From the NCBI GenBank assembly GCA_963761305.1, contig CAVXGK010000001.1, forward strand, positions 576,001 to 640,000: DNA of 64,000 nucleotides, in the 5' to 3' direction. Below are positions 61,575 to 64,000 of the stretch, piece by piece. The notes beneath the pieces were generated by a model. It was not told the origin of the DNA and searched no databases. It was given only the letters and a program-made list of their open reading frames with translations. This stretch comes from an uncultured Gemmatimonadaceae bacterium. Lineage in GTDB: Bacteria > Gemmatimonadota > Gemmatimonadetes > Gemmatimonadales > Gemmatimonadaceae. Numbering within the stretch: the first letter of the stretch is position 1; every line of letters begins with the position of its first letter. A program made the translations under genes and the position numbers.

Positions 61575-63647
61575 ATGCGCGTGCTCCGCTCACTAGTCGC
61601 GGTCAGTTTCGCCGCGATTCCGGTCATCACCGTTCCGATCGCGCTGCGCGCACAGATGGCCGCGTCGCAGCATTCCAACCGTATCGCCCTCGACCAGTAC
61701 CTCGATTGGGAAGAGGTGCAGGCACCCCAGCTCTCCCCCGACGGGTCTCAGATCCTGTTCGGGCGGCGCTGGGTCGACAAGATGAACGACAAATGGGAGT
61801 CGTCGATCTGGCTCATGAACGCCGACGGCTCACATCAGCGTTCTCTCGTGCAAGGATCCGACGTGCATTGGTCGCCCGACGGCAAGCGCGTCGCGTACGT
61901 CGGCAAAGGCGAGCCGAGTGGACAGCAGATCTTCGTGCGATGGATGGACGCCGAGGGCGCCGTCACGCAGATCTCCCACCTCACCGAAAGCCCGGCGAGC
62001 CTCGAGTGGTCGCCCGACGGCAAGACGATCGCCTTCACGATGAACGTGCCGGTGAAGGAGTCGTGGCGCATCGCCATGCCGACGCCGCCGAAGGGCGCGA
62101 AGTGGATCGAGGCGCCGAAGATCGTCACGCGGCTCAACTACAGATCCGATCGCATCGGCTACACCGACGACGCGTATCGCCACATCTTCGTGATCCCCGC
62201 CGACGGCGGCACGCCGCGACAGATCACGAACGGCGACTGGAACCACTCGGCGCCGGCGTTCTCGGCCGACGGCAAATGGATCGCGTTCTCGGGACTTCGC
62301 GAACCGAACGCCGAGAACTTCTTCCGCAAGTCGGAGATCTACGCGGCGAATCTCGAGACGGGCGAGATCAAGCAGATCACGCATCGTCCCGGCGCGAACA
62401 CCGCGCCGGTCTACTCGCCCGACGGCAAGTCGATCGCGTTCATGTCGGCCGACTCGGTCGATCACTCGGCGTGGGCCGAGACGAAGCTGTGGGTGATGAA
62501 CGCCGACGGCTCGGGCGCGCATGTCCTCTCGGGAACTCTCGACCGGCCGATCTCCGCCGCGTCGTGGTCGCCCGACGGATCGGGCGTGTACTTCGACGTC
62601 GAGAGCGAAGGGTCGAAGAACCTCTACTTCGCGACGACGTCCGGCCAGTTCCACCCCGTCACCGCCGGCAAGCAGGTGTTGACGGTGGCCGCCGTCGGAA
62701 AGACGGGCGCCGCGGTCGGCATTCGCTCGACGCCGGTGAAGCCGAACGACGTCGTGTCGTTCACCGTGCCGAAGACAGGCACCGTTTCGACGTTCACGCA
62801 GCTCACCGCGGTGAACGACGACGTGCTCGCCGGCAAGGAGCTCGCGCAGACCGAGGAGATCTGGTACACGTCGAAGGACGGACTCAAGATCCAGGGATGG
62901 GTCGTGAAGCCCCCGGGGTTCGACGCGTCCAAGAAGTATCCGCTCATCCTCGACATTCACGGCGGCCCGCAGTCGATGTACAACGTCGCGTTCAGCTTCG
63001 CGCGGCAGGACCACGCGGCGAACGGCTACGTCGTGCTCTACACGAACCCGCGCGGCAGCACGGGGTACGGCGAGAAGTTCACCAACGAGATCAGGAACGC
63101 GTATCCGGGCAAGGACTTCGATGACCTGATGGCCGGCGTCGACACCGTCGTGGGCCGCGGATACATCGACACGAAGAACATGTTCGTGTACGGCTGCTCG
63201 GGCGGCGGCGTGCTCACGGCGTGGACGGTCGGCCACACGAATCGGTTCGCCGCGGCCGCGTCGCTCTGCCCGGTGATCGACTGGATCAGCTTCGTCGGCG
63301 AGACCGACGGCGCCGGCTGGTACGAGAACTTCGAGAAGCCGTTCTGGGAAGACCCGAGCGAGTATCTCAAGCGCTCACCGATCATGTACGTCGGCAACAT
63401 CAAGACGCCGACGATGCTCATGACGGGCGTGCTCGATCTGCGCACGCCGATCCCGCAGATCGAAGAGTTCTATCGCGCGCTCAAGATGCACGGCACGCCG
63501 ACGGTGATGATCCGCATGAACAACGAATACCACGGCACCTCGAGCACCCCGTCGAACTTCCTGCGCACGCAGCTGTACGTGCGCGGCTGGTTCGAGAAAT
63601 ACGGAACGCTGCATTCCGGCGTGGTGACGACCACCCAGGATCGCTAG
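61575..63647 (+). CDS. Secreted S9 family peptidase (prolyl oligopeptidase/acylaminoacyl peptidase-like)
   Basis: AGGAGG RBS, WSPDG propeller repeats, IHGGP, NPRGSTGYG, GCSGGG, D.RTP, EYHG. Confidence 0.93.
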   Translation: MRVLRSLVAVSFAAIPVITVPIALRAQMAASQHSNRIALDQYLDWEEVQAPQLSPDGSQILFGRRWVDKMNDKWESSIWLMNADGSHQRSLVQGSDVHWSPDGKRVAYVGKGEPSGQQIFVRWMDAEGAVTQISHLTESPASLEWSPDGKTIAFTMNVPVKESWRIAMPTPPKGAKWIEAPKIVTRLNYRSDRIGYTDDAYRHIFVIPADGGTPRQITNGDWNHSAPAFSADGKWIAFSGLREPNAENFFRKSEIYAANLETGEIKQITHRPGANTAPVYSPDGKSIAFMSADSVDHSAWAETKLWVMNADGSGAHVLSGTLDRPISAASWSPDGSGVYFDVESEGSKNLYFATTSGQFHPVTAGKQVLTVAAVGKTGAAVGIRSTPVKPNDVVSFTVPKTGTVSTFTQLTAVNDDVLAGKELAQTEEIWYTSKDGLKIQGWVVKPPGFDASKKYPLILDIHGGPQSMYNVAFSFARQDHAANGYVVLYTNPRGSTGYGEKFTNEIRNAYPGKDFDDLMAGVDTVVGRGYIDTKNMFVYGCSGGGVLTAWTVGHTNRFAAAASLCPVIDWISFVGETDGAGWYENFEKPFWEDPSEYLKRSPIMYVGNIKTPTMLMTGVLDLRTPIPQIEEFYRALKMHGTPTVMIRMNNEYHGTSSTPSNFLRTQLYVRGWFEKYGTLHSGVVTTTQDR

Positions 63648-63673
63648 ACCCTGGCGCACTCTCCCACAGCGCG

Positions 63674-63715
63674 TGCGGGACCGCGGCCGCTCCGGCCACG
63701 GTCCCGCATTTTTTC
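63674..63715 (+). terminator. Intrinsic terminator after S9 peptidase
   Basis: tgcgggaccgcggcc/ggccacggtcccgca hairpin followed by TTTTTT. Confidence 0.8.
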
Positions 63716-64000
63716 CCGCCGCCAAGCAAGTCGACTCGGCGAGCCGAGGGTAAATCGTCCGGTAGCATCCGTCGTCTCCTCGCCTCCGATCGGTTGACGT
63801 GCGTCCAGCCGCTTGGCTCGGCGGCTCTCACGAGCACCCATCGAGCGCTTCCCGGCGCTGATTCGACGACGTCCTGCACTCACTCCACCGCGACGCGAAT
63901 TCATGTGGAGAATCCCGGGATGCCGGCGTCGCGCGCTGCGCGCAACCATCCAACAACTCCACTTCGTTTTCAACTTCCCCGCGAAAACTCGCTGTCACCC

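Noticed and set aside
63716..64000. ORF or structured RNA at the window end
   Set aside because: No recognisable protein or RNA motif; context is truncated.

Overview
High-GC bacterial chromosomal window with about 55 densely packed CDSs. No tRNA, rRNA, CRISPR array or transposase was detected. The Ser/Thr kinase-TPR protein and the lipoprotein set suggest Gemmatimonadota (inference). Main points: (1) a tyrosine-rich leader peptide (MIRAAAYVYSYYY...) with a complete 1:2/2:3/3:4 attenuator and a TTGACA-N17-TACCGT promoter upstream of aroF-chorismate mutase-tyrA; (2) a selenocysteine formate dehydrogenase, split by the ORF track at an in-frame UGA that is followed by a SECIS hairpin, in a rearranged fdh-nuoEF-FeS-fdhD-fhs operon; (3) a DUF4956 + secreted CotH-like kinase + CYTH::PPK1 fusion cluster, a candidate undescribed envelope polyphosphate system; (4) recurrent leaderless-type promoters, a LytTR direct-repeat box, KdpDE coupled to a KimA-like transporter, two gene remnants with in-frame stops, and a ~175-bp intergenic hairpin element. 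Family assignments come from motif recognition, not database searches.
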